From Ministeria vibrans ATCC 50519 (lineage: Eukaryota > Protista > Filasterea), in contig CALSCP010000313.1 in NCBI GenBank assembly GCA_943704425.1, positions 232,713 through 296,712 on the forward strand: a DNA stretch of 64,000 bases, given 5' to 3'. The notes beneath the pieces were generated by a model, which saw only the letters and a list, made by a program, of their open reading frames with translations, was not told the DNA's origin and made no database searches. The position numbers and the translations under genes are program-made. How positions within the stretch are numbered: the stretch's first letter is position 1; every line of letters begins with the position of its first letter. This document shows, piece after piece, positions 12,641 through 25,931 of this stretch.

Positions 12641-13869
12641 TTAGTGATTTGCAATTGTGACGACAAACATGACAACCTCTCGACCGGCAATGGGTTTGGA
12701 GAGATGAACACTATTTGCGGTGAAGGAACCCACGGGCGTCGAAGCGCCAGTGCGATCGACGAGGACAACAGAGACGGTTGCGGACGCGAGCGACGGCGGG
12801 AAGCCATAGCGCGTCGTGTCAAGCGTGACATCGATGGTGGACGACTGTGTTGTGACAGCGGTGTAGAAGACGGCGAGCTGAGAGGCGTCCGAAGAGAGCC
12901 AAGCGGCAGACATGATGGAGGGGTAGCTGAGCGTAGTGGGTACAGCGGTATAGACGGAGCCTTGATGCTGAGTGGCCACACGGAAGGTTGAAACAGTGGT
13001 GGTAGTGGGCGTGGAAGACGAAGAGGAGGAGGCGGGCAAATCGCGCATGAGACGACCGCCAACGAGAAAGGGGCGGTCAGCATGGCGCTTAAAGTCAGCG
13101 AGCAGGCGCAAATAGGCGATTTCTGGGTCGTGTTTGGGGTCCATGAGCTGGTCAAATAGTCCCATCATGGGAACGTCGGTCGTGCCGCCGAGCGAGAACC
13201 ATCCGAGCTGTGAGCCCGACACGAACATTTTGGCAATCTTGGCAGCAAACACATCGGCATTGGGGCTCAGGTCTGTCTGGTAAAACTCGGCACCGAACGA
13301 GAGGAAGTAGCCACCGTAGATGGCGGGGAAGGCAGGCGTAAAGAAGGCACTCGTGTTGGACTGTGCAAAGTCCTTGCCGTACGCAACCTTTTAAAAAAAA
13401 ATACATATTATTATTATATTATTATTATATAAAGACGAAACACAATAGAGAGTAGAGATAAAACATTTTGAGTACAGAGTTAGTGGTGCACATAAATGTG
13501 TCATACCAGAGTGAGGTAGGAGTTGAGTGAGCCCATGTAGGGTTCGGCGTTGCTCTCGGTGACAAGGCCGGCCTGGTCGCCGGCATGTGTGCGGGTCTGC
13601 TGTAGCAGCGCACGGTAGCCGTCTGTCCACCAGCTGCCACCACCCACGGCGTGTCCATGACTGGCGTCGTAGCACAGCTTGGGCGCCGCCGCACCAATCT
13701 GGTCGATGTAGACACCGTCGAGGTTGTACTCGTGTGTCAGACGCTCCACTGTGTTGCTCATGATATCCTGCCAGTACGCTGTTGTTGGACACATCACGTT
13801 AAATGTGGCGCCACTGCCATACGACTATAATGAGAGAGAGAAGAAGAAGAAAGGGAAGGAGGGAAAGGA

Positions 13870-13962
<93 letters not shown>

Positions 13963-15608
13963 GAGAAACAAACAGTGTAATAGATAGAGAGAGGAGGGAG
14001 AAAGAAATGTATGATAGATAGAGAGAGAGAGAGGAGGGAGAAAGAAACAAGTCAGAGAGGTGAAGGAGGGTGGTGGTGGGTGAGCATAATGTGAATTACA
14101 CAGTCGGGCGCACCTCTTGGTAGTTGGTAAGACCTGTGTCGCCCAAGTTAGCCTTCTTAGGGTACTTGCAGACAAAGCGCGTTGCGTTGTCGCGCTTGTA
14201 CATGGCCGTGTTAATGTCGTAGATGCGTCCGTTAATGTACGGGAACACACGTACACCGAGTGCCTGAAGTGCCGACACAGCCTCCTACAAAAAAAAAAAA
14301 AAAAAAAAAAAAGGCAAAGTTAGTATGAATTAATAGTGTATAGTGTGTGCTCGGTGTGAGAAATACAAAAGAAACGACATGATAAAAAAAATATTATGAG
14401 TGTGCGCGCTCAGCGTGAATGTGTACGCTTTATGGTGTGCGTTCGAAAGTGAGCTTAGCGTGCGCGTGTGTGGATGGATAGACGTGACGAAGGGAACTGA
14501 CCTGGAAACCGGGCTTGGGCGGGAAGTACTCTGGGTAGTGAGTATCAAAGGCAATGAGGTCCCACTCGTACCAGTGCAGCGCCAGCGACGTATTGAAGCG
14601 CTTCTTGATGGCGCTGACGTGATCGTAGACGACAACAGGGTCGCCTTGGGAGCGGTTAAACACATCGTGTCCTTGCCAATGACTGTTCACCCAGACCTTC
14701 TGCTCAAAGATCCAGGGCGGAAAATCGGCGCGCTCGTAGACGGGTCCAGACGCGACCCACGGGACGGGGCGAGACGAATCGAAGATGAAGGCGCGGTAGA
14801 GCATAGTGAGGTCGTACCAGTCGGCGGCGACATCCGCCACCACGCCAATGGACATGAGGGGGAATGCATTGACGAAGGGCAAGGAGGCGACAAGGCCCGC
14901 CTGTTCGACGGCGCGACTAACTGCAAAGGTGACGGAGGACGAGCTGCCTGCGAGCGACAGACTCTTGGCTGTCGACTCCGCATCGTGTACGCCAAAATAC
15001 AGAGAGGGTCGCGCTGCATTGCCGTTTAAGAGGGCCATGAACTGCATGGTGCAGCCCGACGAAGGGTAGGCGCCCGACCACGACTGGGAGGCAGGCAGCG
15101 TCTCGCCATAGCCGTTGGGGGTGAGCGCGAGGGCGTTCGCCTCCTTCTTGAGGGTCGCCAACGACATAGAAACACTCGTGAGGGCCACCTGCGCTGTGTT
15201 CGTGCTGGTCACACTGAGGCTCTCAAAGCGAACCAGGGCTGTCTTATCGTCGAGTGCGGCCACGACGCTGACATTGAAGGAGAACGAGTCGTGCGCAATG
15301 TCAACAAAGCTGAGAAGCAGCTTCTGCGTGGCATTGTGACGCGACAGCGCATGCACGCGGCGTGCCGACACGCTGTCACTGCCAATACTGAACGCAGAGC
15401 CGCCCTGAGCAACGAAGCTGGCGGACCACCACTGCAGAGAGCGACTCGACATGAAGTCGTAACCACTTGCCTTCTCCACGACATGTTGCACGGAGAAGGA
15501 GTCCGCATCAAACGCAATCGAGACCAGATCATTCTCGAGAACAACCTCTGCCATGCAAAGGTGCACTGCGACGAGGCAGCACACAGTGATGGAGAGAATA
15601 TGCTTCAT
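12641..15608 (-). CDS. Secreted glycoside-hydrolase-like (TIM-barrel) protein, DUF6259-like; 4 exons
   Basis: Signal peptide MKHILSITVCCLVAVHLCMA. Motifs LHWYEW..AFDTHYPEYFP, PYINGRIYD, MCPTTAYWQ, DGVYIDQIGAA, CYDASHGH.GGG..W..GY, TESNAEPY, PAFPAIY, FVSGSQLGW. Confidence 0.75.
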
Positions 15609-15890
15609 ATAAAAAACAACAATAGCAAAGAAAAAAAAAATAATAATAATAATAATAATAATAACGATTTACACTGTTGAATAATTCAATACGGAGCAAT
15701 CCGTAGTGTTAAAGTGTTTCAGCGTTGTGAGCCATTTAATTAAGTGATTTTTAAAAGATGTACAAGTCAAATGTAGAGGATTATTACAGGAAGGCTCCTC
15801 GGGAGTCGGGCTTTTTCAATGCCTGGTTTGGGCACAGATACACACAGCTGAAACAATTAAATTCTACATATCCTTACAAGACCGATTCAC

Positions 15891-16345
15891 TCAAAAGTAC
15901 ATGACGGTGGCCGAGTCGTAGAGACGCGACAGAGGCCAGGCACGAATGATGGTGAGTTCACCAATACAAATGCCCTGTTCACAAGCTGGAAAGCTCGCAC
16001 GAGCACGGCGCATGAGCTTGAGGCGGGCCACCTTGGCCTTGCTTTGAGGCGCGAGTGTCTCGAGTGCCTCCAGCAGGATGAACGCCTCCATAAACAAAAG
16101 ACGCGCGTGCTTCTCTATGGGGAAGTCACGGTCGAGCCTGGGCGAGGGAACCTTCATGAGGGCGCGTTCGGCGCGTCGTGATAACACAGACGCAAGCAAC
16201 ATGAGTGCGTCCGTGTCCACTGTCGCACTCGTCGTCTCGTTGACCAACGTCAAGTCGGTGCCATGCGAGTAATTTGCACGAGCGAGTCCCAGACGGAGAA
16301 CAAGCTCAGCGTCAATCAGGTTACCTGTAAAACGTTTAAATCAAC

Positions 16346-16417
<72 letters not shown>

Positions 16418-16806
16418 CTTTGAGGTGTGTGTGACTTTGAGGTGTGTGTGACTTTGTGGTGTGTGTGTGACTTTGTGGTGTGCGTGTATGTGGCGTGTGT
16501 TTGTGGTGTGTGTCTGTGGTGTGTGTCTGTGGTGTGTGTCTGTGGTGTGTGTCAGTGGTGTGCGTCTGTGGTGTGTGTGAGGGGTCGAAGAGAAGTGTGA
16601 GAGTTTGGCGACGTACTGCTTTTGAATAGAGAAAGAGCAGTGCCCACAAAGTCGCCTTGGTCGTCGATTGCAACCGAAAAGAGAGACAATACGCTGCGTG
16701 GGATATGGAATGGCACATCGGAGGCGCTGGTGCTGGCATGGCAGAGCGCGAGCGTCGTCAGGAGCGCCAAGCAAAGCCCCACAGTCCATCTTGGGGTTCC
16801 GGGCAT
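15891..16806 (-). CDS. Hypothetical secreted alpha-helical protein (2 exons, CA-repeat intron)
   Basis: Signal-like MPGTPRWTVGLCLALLTTLALCHAS. An in-phase GTACGT...TTACAG join leads to NLIDAELVLRLGLARANYSHG...VMYF*. Confidence 0.6.
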
Positions 16807-17131
16807 CAGTCACCACAGCAAAAAAGGCTTCAAAGCAAAACAATAATGACGGAGGAGCCGAGCAGAAGATAAAATGTAAATACAATTGCCAATCAGGTGT
16901 TGACTGAATGAAGGTAACAAGAAAAAAGAATTGAGAAATTATTTGAAGTTGGATCAACAATCGACAACTCGTAAAGATCATTTTAGCAAATCCACTGATC
17001 GTCTGGTGCATTCAAGAGAATCAAGAAATGCGGCATAGTGGAGGAAAATGGATTAAATGGTACACTTGATTATAGTTATTTATGAATTTTTTTAATAAAA
17101 TATATCATACAAGAATTACAACGACGACAGG

Positions 17132-18278
17132 TTAGTGACTCCACATGCACAGAAGACAAAGACGGATGGCGGTTAGAAAGCGATTGGCACTGCGGGCAAA
17201 GGGGCGGAGTGCGTCGACAGTCGCAAAGGAGCTCTCGATGGTCTCGTAGAGGAGCGTCACGTCGGCCGGCGACCAATGCACCGCCTGTAGCGGCTCAATC
17301 AGCTTTTCCACCATGTCAATAAAAAGGTCGCGCACTTCGGAACGCTGCGACAAACCATTGGCAAGACCAAAAAGAGAGCGCACGTATGATTTGAAGTCAC
17401 GCTCAAACCCTGAAAAAGCCGCTTCGCGCTGCGACCGCTGAAAGGCAACGCGACACACATCACGCTGTTCTCCAAGCACGGTACGGTCGTTGCTGACGAC
17501 ATAGCGCAGCTCACGCAACTCTCGCAGCAACTCGTCGTCGAGGTCCTCGCCAGGTGGCCTTCGCGCGTCTCGCCACAGAGCCATCAGTGAGTTGGTGCAG
17601 TGCATGAGCGCGTCAAAGCTCAGTCGCATCAGCTTTCGTTTGCTCGTGTCCACTCGATGGGCACAGAGGAACACAATGCGTGCGTACTCACTACAACAAC
17701 AAAGCAGGTCAGTCACACCGCTCGACGTGTGTGTTGGCGTACTCGGCGAGCGTCGTGGGAAGCGCGAAAGCCGACTCAATGAGCTCTGCCGAGCCCAGAT
17801 GCAAGTCCTCGGTCGCCTTGAAGACCCGCTTGATGTTGTCAAACTGCCGCTGACAGCTCAGCAGAGAGACGTGTGTCTTCTCGCTGACGTCGTCCAGGTC
17901 TTTCCGTAGCCTCGACGACAGCTTCTTCCCCAGCAGTTCACGCACAACAGATTCGTCCATCGAGTAATATCTGTGTGTTGCGACGACAGTGAACAAAAGA
18001 CAAAAAAGTGGAAACAATTTTTTTTTTTTTTTTTTTTTTTTTTCGCTGTTCTGTGGTCAATTCTGAACGAACCTTTCGAGTAGTTTTGCCGAGACCGAGT
18101 CGGAGATTGGGATGATGATTTGCGTGCGCAAGAGCGACGGTTCGTGGAGGAAGCGGGCGAGGACATTGAAGAGACGATGCTGATCAGTCGCAGCGTCGTC
18201 GGTGGGCTGCGCGCCGCACAGCCACTCTTCGAACACATCCATGTCTATATACGGGGGGTCTAAGACGAAAACATTCAT
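17132..18278 (-). CDS. FIBP: Acidic FGF intracellular-binding protein homolog
   Basis: DESVVRELLGKKLSSRLRKDLDDVSEKTHVSLLSCQRQFDNIKRVFK and EVRDLFIDMVEKLIEPL are FIBP signature blocks. Confidence 0.93.
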
Positions 18279-18401
18279 AGCGACCAAGTAAGAAGGTAAT
18301 ATTCTATTTAATGTATTTGTTGGTCTTGACTTGACTGAATGAGTCTCAACAACAATTGATTAATCACCAATGGCACTCTATTTCTCCAACAGCCCCTGAT
18401 C

Positions 18402-21400
18402 ATGTCGGGAGACAGTGGTCTATGCCACTATTTCCTGGTGTTGGGTCCCAGCAACGAGCAAGGGTCGATAGCATCGGAATCGTAAGACAACAACAGAAAA
18501 AAAAAAGAAAAAAAAAAGATGATAAAAGAGCAAACGAACGTTGTTTTGGGTGACAGGCGGTCAAGCGGCAGTGCGAGCGAGACGTCACTTAAGACAGTGG
18601 ACGACGATGCAAACGAAGGCGAGGCGGTTGTGGATCTGCGCGTTGTGGGCGTTGGAAAGCCATCGCCCGACCACTTTGCTCTGGTCGGTGAACTCGGCAA
18701 CGGCACGACAATGTGGGCACGCCGTCGGGCCGACTCGCCGCCCGCCACGCCCCTGCAACAGCAGCAGCGATTGGTTGCCGGTGGAGCGCCCGCGTCGCCG
18801 CTTGAGGTGCACCCCACGCCGATTACAGCGCTTGTTTACGCCGTGGTCGCCGCCGACCGCGTCCCTGGCATTGTCGACATTGTCACCTTCCTCCACGCCC
18901 ACGACGCCATTGTGGCCGACTGCAAGAAGCTGCGTGCCATCGAAACAGACTCAAATGCCCTCTATGCACTTGCGACCTCCCTCAGCGCGTCCACACACAT
19001 ACTTTGTGCGGCGACCAAGACGGCCGCCGATCTCCTCGATGGCTCGCCGCGCTTTCGCAACGTTTGGTCGAGTGCAAGCAAGGAACTAGCTTCTCGAATC
19101 GGCGCTCTGCTTGAAGGTATCAAAGACATGGCCAAGACAGCGAGCGCCCTGGAGCGCGAGAAGACGCGGCGCACCAAAGAGACCGACGTGGAGGCAGATG
19201 CGAATGACGCTCAGAGTGTCAATGTCGACACAACCACTCTCGCATCAAAGGGTTCACCACCTGCGGTTCAACCAACCACATCGCCCTCGCGTCGCAGGAG
19301 TGCTCCTTATCCCACCGGTCGAGGGGGCGCCCATCGCGCTTACGCGAGTCACGACGTCGACCTCAGTCACATTGTGGCGCAGTCGCGGCAGCGTCGCTTC
19401 CAATCGGCCATTACCGCGCTCGTGCAAACATCGACGCGCGCCGCTGCCCTTGCCCGTCGAACCGCCCTTCCTGCCACATTGCGTCATCTTTTGCTCGTCC
19501 CGCGCCCCGCACGCCTCCATCCATCGCAGCCTGACAGTGTTCTCGTTGCGTTTTACTGCTCACGCGTTGCTGGCGTGCCTCCCATTGACAATATCTTAAT
19601 CTCGAGTGTGCCGCCACAGTCGAGCGATCGCGTTCGCCAACAGAGTGCCGAGCTGGGTCTCGCCGCCGTGACCATCTCTGCCGCCGCAGTTACTGTCCAC
19701 ACCCCAGCCGCGGAGGCCTCGGTGCCCCTGCTGGAGTCAGGCTACACGCCAATTCAGCGCGTTACACGCCCTTTCCTGACGGTCACCATCACACCACAAA
19801 ACGAACGTCACACGTCGTCGTCGGCCAAAACTGACGACGAACTCATTCGCGGTAGCACAAGTACCCTCTTTGACGACGGGTTGTCGGCCACAATGGCAAG
19901 TCGGATCGATAGCGACGATGACGAAGATCGGGATGGCACTGGCGAAAAAGATATTGATGGTGGCGATGACGAGAGCGAAACATCCGATGACTTTGACGAC
20001 GAGTCTGAATTACGCCTGCGCGACTTTGCCACCTGCGACCAGCTGGCAACGGACCTACCGATTTGGATCAGCGTGTACGGGGCACGCCGTGGCCCGGTGG
20101 ACGCCAGTGAGGACACCCCCGATGCGCCCATTGACGCTGTCATCCTAGACCGCTACCCGCCCCACGACGACGCGGAGGACCACCCACTTCCGCAAGCAGT
20201 GCACCATTTTTGTATGCCTCAAGGGTGTCTGGTGCTGCGCGCGCCTCGACCAGCGAGTCACCACGCCTTTGTGCTCACCGACTCCTACGGTGCTCGTCTC
20301 TACGGCCATTGTCTCACCTTTTTCACTCAATTTGATACAACCACGCCAGAAAACGACGACGGCGACGCCAATGAGGGTGGCAAACGTTTGCACGGACTTC
20401 GTCCTCGCTCCGCCAATCGACCCTCGTCCATGTCACACGAGCCATCGCATCATCAGCAGCAGCAAGAACACGTGCGTTACGTCGCGCGATGTCTTTGCAT
20501 CGTCTCGCAACTGCCCCTCTACGCCTCCTTTCAACGCTACCTCGAGGTGCTTCATCGTCAGATGGAGGCCAACAGCGACCTTCCGCTTGAGCGCTATATT
20601 TGCAACCTGTTTGAGGCACCCCTTCCACCGCCCGGCCGAATGACCGTCCAGGTGTCTCTTGGTCGCGAGGGTGTGTGGTTCTCGCGTCCGCCCATCAACG
20701 ACTTTCCCATGGCCGACTTTTCCTTCTTGCCGCTCTTTTTTGCCTTTGACATCGACACCGTCGTGCTTCTCGTCACGCTTGCTCTCCTGGAGAAGAAACT
20801 TATCTTCACATGCGCCAACATTGGCTTGTTGACACCCATCATCGAGGCGGTGTGCGCACTTCTCTTTCCCTTTCGATGGCAGCATGTCTTCATTCCCGTC
20901 TGTCCTCCGCTGCTTCTCGACCTTCTGCACGCACCCGTACCCTTTATTCTGGGCTTCCCGTCCGTTGTGGTTGCCGAGCTTCTTGAAACACTTCCGCCCG
21001 ACGTGTACGTTGTCGACATTGACCACAGCTGCGTCTATCGTCGGCGCACTCAGCAAGAAATTGATGCACTTGCCAACCCCACGTCGGGCACCGACGAGTT
21101 CTTTCTGTTCAGGCGACTCCTGGGCAACTCGGCGGCCCCATCGCCAGCCCCGGCCGCTACCACGGCATCGTCCGCACGACGTGCCTCCGTTGCGTCGCTT
21201 GATTTTGGCTCGGATGTTGGCAGCAACGACACCTCGGCGATGGCACACAGCTCGCCACCGCTCTCTTCGGCTCACAGTCACGTTGGCTCGCCCAAGTCTG
21301 TCGCCCGTCGACCCATGTCGTCGTCTTTCTCTTTGCCCGCCTCTGAGCTGAGCGCACGCTCAACGTTGTCCGCAACGGCCAACTCAGCACAAGTGTCTGG

Positions 21401-24400
21401 GCCCACTGTTCCCATGCCCACTTTGACCACGAACGTCTCGGGTGGCATTGCCAAGTCTGCGACCAATCTGGCAGTGTCAGAGGCCACGGCTGCCGCTGGT
21501 GCGCCACCCTCCTCCAACACGACGACGGTCAGCGAGGCTGGGCCCGTTCCGTACGAGTTGCCCGACGACATGGTTCTATGCACCGTTGACAATCCCCAAG
21601 TGCTGCCACTCGATGCGTTGCGACGCCTTCGATCGGTCCTGTCGCGAGCAGACGGAGCCGAAGGGTTGTTTCAGCGATGCTACGCACAACGCGAACAGGC
21701 CTGGCGCCACTGCTATGCCGACCCGACGCGAGTTGTGCTCAGCGGTAGCGCTGCCGATGTGGCTGCCTACCGCCGAACGCGTATTTTACGCGAGGCTTTT
21801 CTCGAGCTGTTCGTTACGACGCTGTACAACTACCGCGATCACCTTGTGCTGCCGACGGAGGAAAGTATCGCCCAATACAATCTCGATGACATCGATACGC
21901 TCTTCAACAAGGAGGGCTTTCTCAAGGAGCAGCTTGCCAGCAGCCAGCCGTTTGTCGAGCGTCTCATGCGCCGTCAGGCATTTGCGCGCTTCATTGAGGA
22001 GCGTATGGATTTCAGCACGCGCGACCACGAGTTTCTCTTTTTCGACTCCTGCATCGATCACGTCAAGAAGGGGTTTCTGGGACGTGCACACAGCAAAGAG
22101 GGACGCGGACACGGCGGTGCAGCAGGCGCAGCTGCGACCGAGGACAATATCGGTATTGGTGTTGCACCGCCACCCGATCGTCACGACATCATGTACCGAA
22201 CCTACCGTGTGCCAGCACCCGACACGGTGGGACTAGAGCCAGGCGTCACGTATCCTTTTGATGTGTCGCACGGATTTGGTCACTCGCTTTTTGTACCGCT
22301 TCGACGTCACGTGATTAGCCTGCGCACCCGCGGCACTGCCGCCGCTCTGACACTCTCGTCGTCGTCGAATATGTCGGTCTCGTCGCGCACTCTTTCTGAC
22401 GTGACCTCCACAGACACTGCCGACGCGGACAACAACTCATTCGCCAACACTGGTAGCACACTACCTGCGTCGCGTGCCTCACTTCTGCAACTGCCTCCGA
22501 CCTCGGTGAGCGGCTCCATTCGACTGCGCTCCGCGTCGTTTGGTTTGCAATCGAGCCATCAACAGGTGCGTTCGCAGTCACAACCACAAACGACACAGTC
22601 AATGCAATCTCCGACGACACAAAGCGGACCGCTTCACGCGTTGCCCACACCCGACACGCTCTTGCCCGTGGAGCCGTTGCGCGACGCCGATGCAACCGCG
22701 CGCAGCATGATGCGTGCCGTCTACACCACATGGTTTCTCATCTTTGCTGCACACGTGCCCCTGACGGCACGCCCCGACCGCGAAATTGACAAGGCTTTTG
22801 TGGTTCTGTCGTCGATGCGTGCACGCGGCCTCTCGCCCGACGAAGTCATTTTCCGACATCTGCTACAGGCGTGCTCCGTGTCTGGTTTGGGCAGGCAAGC
22901 CAAGGTGCTCTTTCGCCTGCTTAGTGTCGAGGGTATTGCACCCAACGCCGTTATCACTGGCTTGTTTGTACGTGCCGTAGCAATGGAACGTGATCGACAG
23001 GCACAACAACAACAACAACAGCAGCAGCAGCAGCAGCAGCAGCAGACGGTAGTCGAAACCGGGGGCGACAACAGCGAGTCGGCTAGTCATCGTTCGGTAC
23101 CCGTTTCACCACAGCCGTCAGCGCGATCGTCGCTACCCTTCACATTTCTTGAGGACACTGTCAACTGGCTGACGACACCCGAACGGCTTGAGCGGTGTGC
23201 TCTCGAGTCACGACAACGGTGCCCGTCATGCCACCATCGATGCACCGACACGGCGGTGCTGGGCGGCTGGGCACGGTCGCGTCAACCGTTCAAGTCTCAG
23301 TGTCTGCGTTGCGGTGCGCTATTTATGCCGGTGCTTCGCTGGTCATTCGGTACGCTGGATTCATCGAGTTCGTCCACGTCGTCCTCTGCGCGCTCTCGTC
23401 CAAGCTCGCCGCCACCGTCGTCATCATCCAATACTACCGCCAGCACTGCTACTGCTGGTGCGCCTGCTGCCATGAGTGCTGCGGAAATGAGTGGCGCCTG
23501 TCCCTACTTGAGCCCACGCGATCTCCTCAAGGAAGTCGAGTTGTTGTTGTATCAGCCAGCGGAGTTTCGCAAGTCTCGCTCGCAGCTTCGTCGCGAGCAG
23601 CCCGTCATCTTCTGGAACATACAGTGGTATTTCTCTACGACGCGTCTGCCCTGGTCTCGACTGCAACTTGTGCAGTTAGGTACACTGGGTCGTGCCTCGG
23701 CGCTCGCCGATGTCGACCAGACGCTGCGTCTCATTGCACGTCCTGAGACCGCCTCGGCATCAATGTTTTACACGAGCAACGCGTCGTCGTCCGCCTCTGT
23801 AACGGCTACCACAGCAGTAGCAACAACAGCGGGGAGTAGTACAACACCATCGGTAGCGGGAGCGGCAACCGGGGCAGGCACACCGGCGGGACGTGGTGCT
23901 GGTGTGACACCAGCGGCCATTTCTACACCCGTTGCCAGTCCCAATGCATTTTCATCGTCGAGTACGCGCTCGCGTGCGCAACAGCGACAACTCGTGGTCT
24001 CCAGTGGCTCAACGGGTGCTCCACTTGGCTTCAAATTCTCAGGCTCGACCGTTCCTCGACTGCACACTGTGGATTTCTCGCCTTCCGCTGCTGGAGCATC
24101 TTCGTCTACCACGGCGGGAGTGAACGCCGCGGGCAGTGGGGCTGGTGCGCTTAACGAATCGTCGTTAGGCTTGCTACAGCAGCCGCAACAGCGACTGGGG
24201 TTGAACACGTCGACGAGCACGCTCGGACCGGGACCGCCGCCTGCAGCTGCCTACGGGAGCGGTCCCTTGTCGGCGTCCGACACGATGATGGCCACCAACT
24301 CTACAGTGCCTACCAGTATTGCCAGCCTTGAGCGCGCCCGCTGGAAGTACGTCTGTCGTAGCTATCAGCCCGACAAACGTGTGATGCGCGTAAGGAGACA

Positions 24401-24780
24401 GGGACAAATCCCAATAATCCCGTGTGTTTTTTTTATTATTATGTCGTTTAGTGATTTTTATAGTACTGAATCATATTATTATAGATTGACTTGCGTGTTG
24501 GTGCCCTGAACTGTCGACTGTCCGGGGTGCCTTTGCGATATGTACATACGGCGACGAGCGAGTGGGAGGCACAGCTACAGAGCAAATTGCGGTCGCAACA
24601 TGCAACGGGGCGTCTCGGTCCACTTGCCGAGGAGGTCTGTCTGATGGTTGCTGCGCGCGATCTGCTCAACGCCGCCAAGGTGTTTTTGTCGGGCCGCTTA
24701 GTTGCACGCCGCGATGGCGCCATGAGCGGCGGAGGCTTTCTTCCTAAATGGTTTCAGGTATGATTTGTATACGTATCATC

Positions 24781-24820
<40 letters not shown>

Positions 24821-25266
24821 GCGTGTGGATTTGTTATATGTGCGTGTGAGAATACGTTTCATTATAATGATAATTATGATTATTTTTGTGTATTTGTGTG
24901 TATATTGGGTGATTATATTATTTTGTTGATTTTTTTTTTTTCTGTTTGTCTTGTGCGTGTAGAGTCCAATGTACACTGCGCTGCTCTCCGTTGCTGGACC
25001 ACATTTGTATGCAACTGAGCGTGCATTTTACGAGGCGTACCGTGCCGTGTCGCGCGAGCACTTTGGGGCTATTGACGGGTTTGCAGTCGAACTGGTAAGG
25101 ACGCGCTTGATTGAAACTCACCTGCTGAGTACGTGTTCTCTGTTAGGATTCTGCGGTGGGGGAGGAGCTTGTGGCGTTTCGCACGTGGTTTCGTCACTTG
25201 CGACCGGCGCTTCTGTCGCCGTGGTCGGCTATGCCGGACAATGTTCGATTTGAGTGGGCTTTGTAG
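18402..25266 (+). CDS. DENND4: DENND4/CRAG-like Rab GEF (MABP-uDENN-cDENN-dDENN-PPR-C-terminal Zn region)
   Basis: First exon MSGDSGLCHYFLVLG. uDENN DRYP..DHPLPQAVHHFCMPQG; cDENN LLEKK, LFPFRWQHVFIPVCP, APVPFILG; dDENN FARFIEER; PPR PDEVIFRHLLQAC; CPSC..CLRC; YLSPRDLLKEVE; IFWNIQWYF. Last exon ends ...FEWAL* at 25266. Confidence 0.9.
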
Positions 25267-25494
25267 CGACAGAACAGATTATACATCACTTTGTTGTAAA
25301 TTCTCAGAATAATGATTATTGCTCTTGAACATAATTATTAATATTATTATGATTCATTATGAATAAGTATTAAAGTTAAAGTTAAAACAGTTTTTATTTT
25401 CTTGCCTGGTATTCTGGATAGACAGGTTGAAGAGAGCCGTTCACGCAAGCGGTCCGTTTGGGGTGAAGCGCATCGTGCACAGTGACAGAGGAGC

Positions 25495-25889
25495 ATGTCG
25501 CGCAAGGCCATTGGGCAGATTGTGACGTCCTTCGTGCGCAGGCCCCAGGCTCCCCCAGGCTCGTTTCCGTGCATGCGGGGAGTCGAAAGAGCCCGTAAGC
25601 ATGGTAGAATGACGCGAGGGGCTGTACTGATGCGCGCGGGGACTTCTTTTTCCGTCGACGGTTCTAGACACGTTTGTGAATGCGCTCAAGCCCTACGAGC
25701 ACACCGTGAAAACCTTCCTTCCTACGAGTGGTGCGATAGAGCCATGCGCAACGCACCGATACCCCATTTGACTGTTGTGTGTAGACGATAGAGAGTCACT
25801 TCGGAAGGCACTTGAGGCGAACTATCCCTCGCACGATGTCATGGTCGAGCCGGTCTTCAAGTCGAAAAACGTACGTCGATATGTGGACA

Positions 25890-25931
<42 letters not shown>

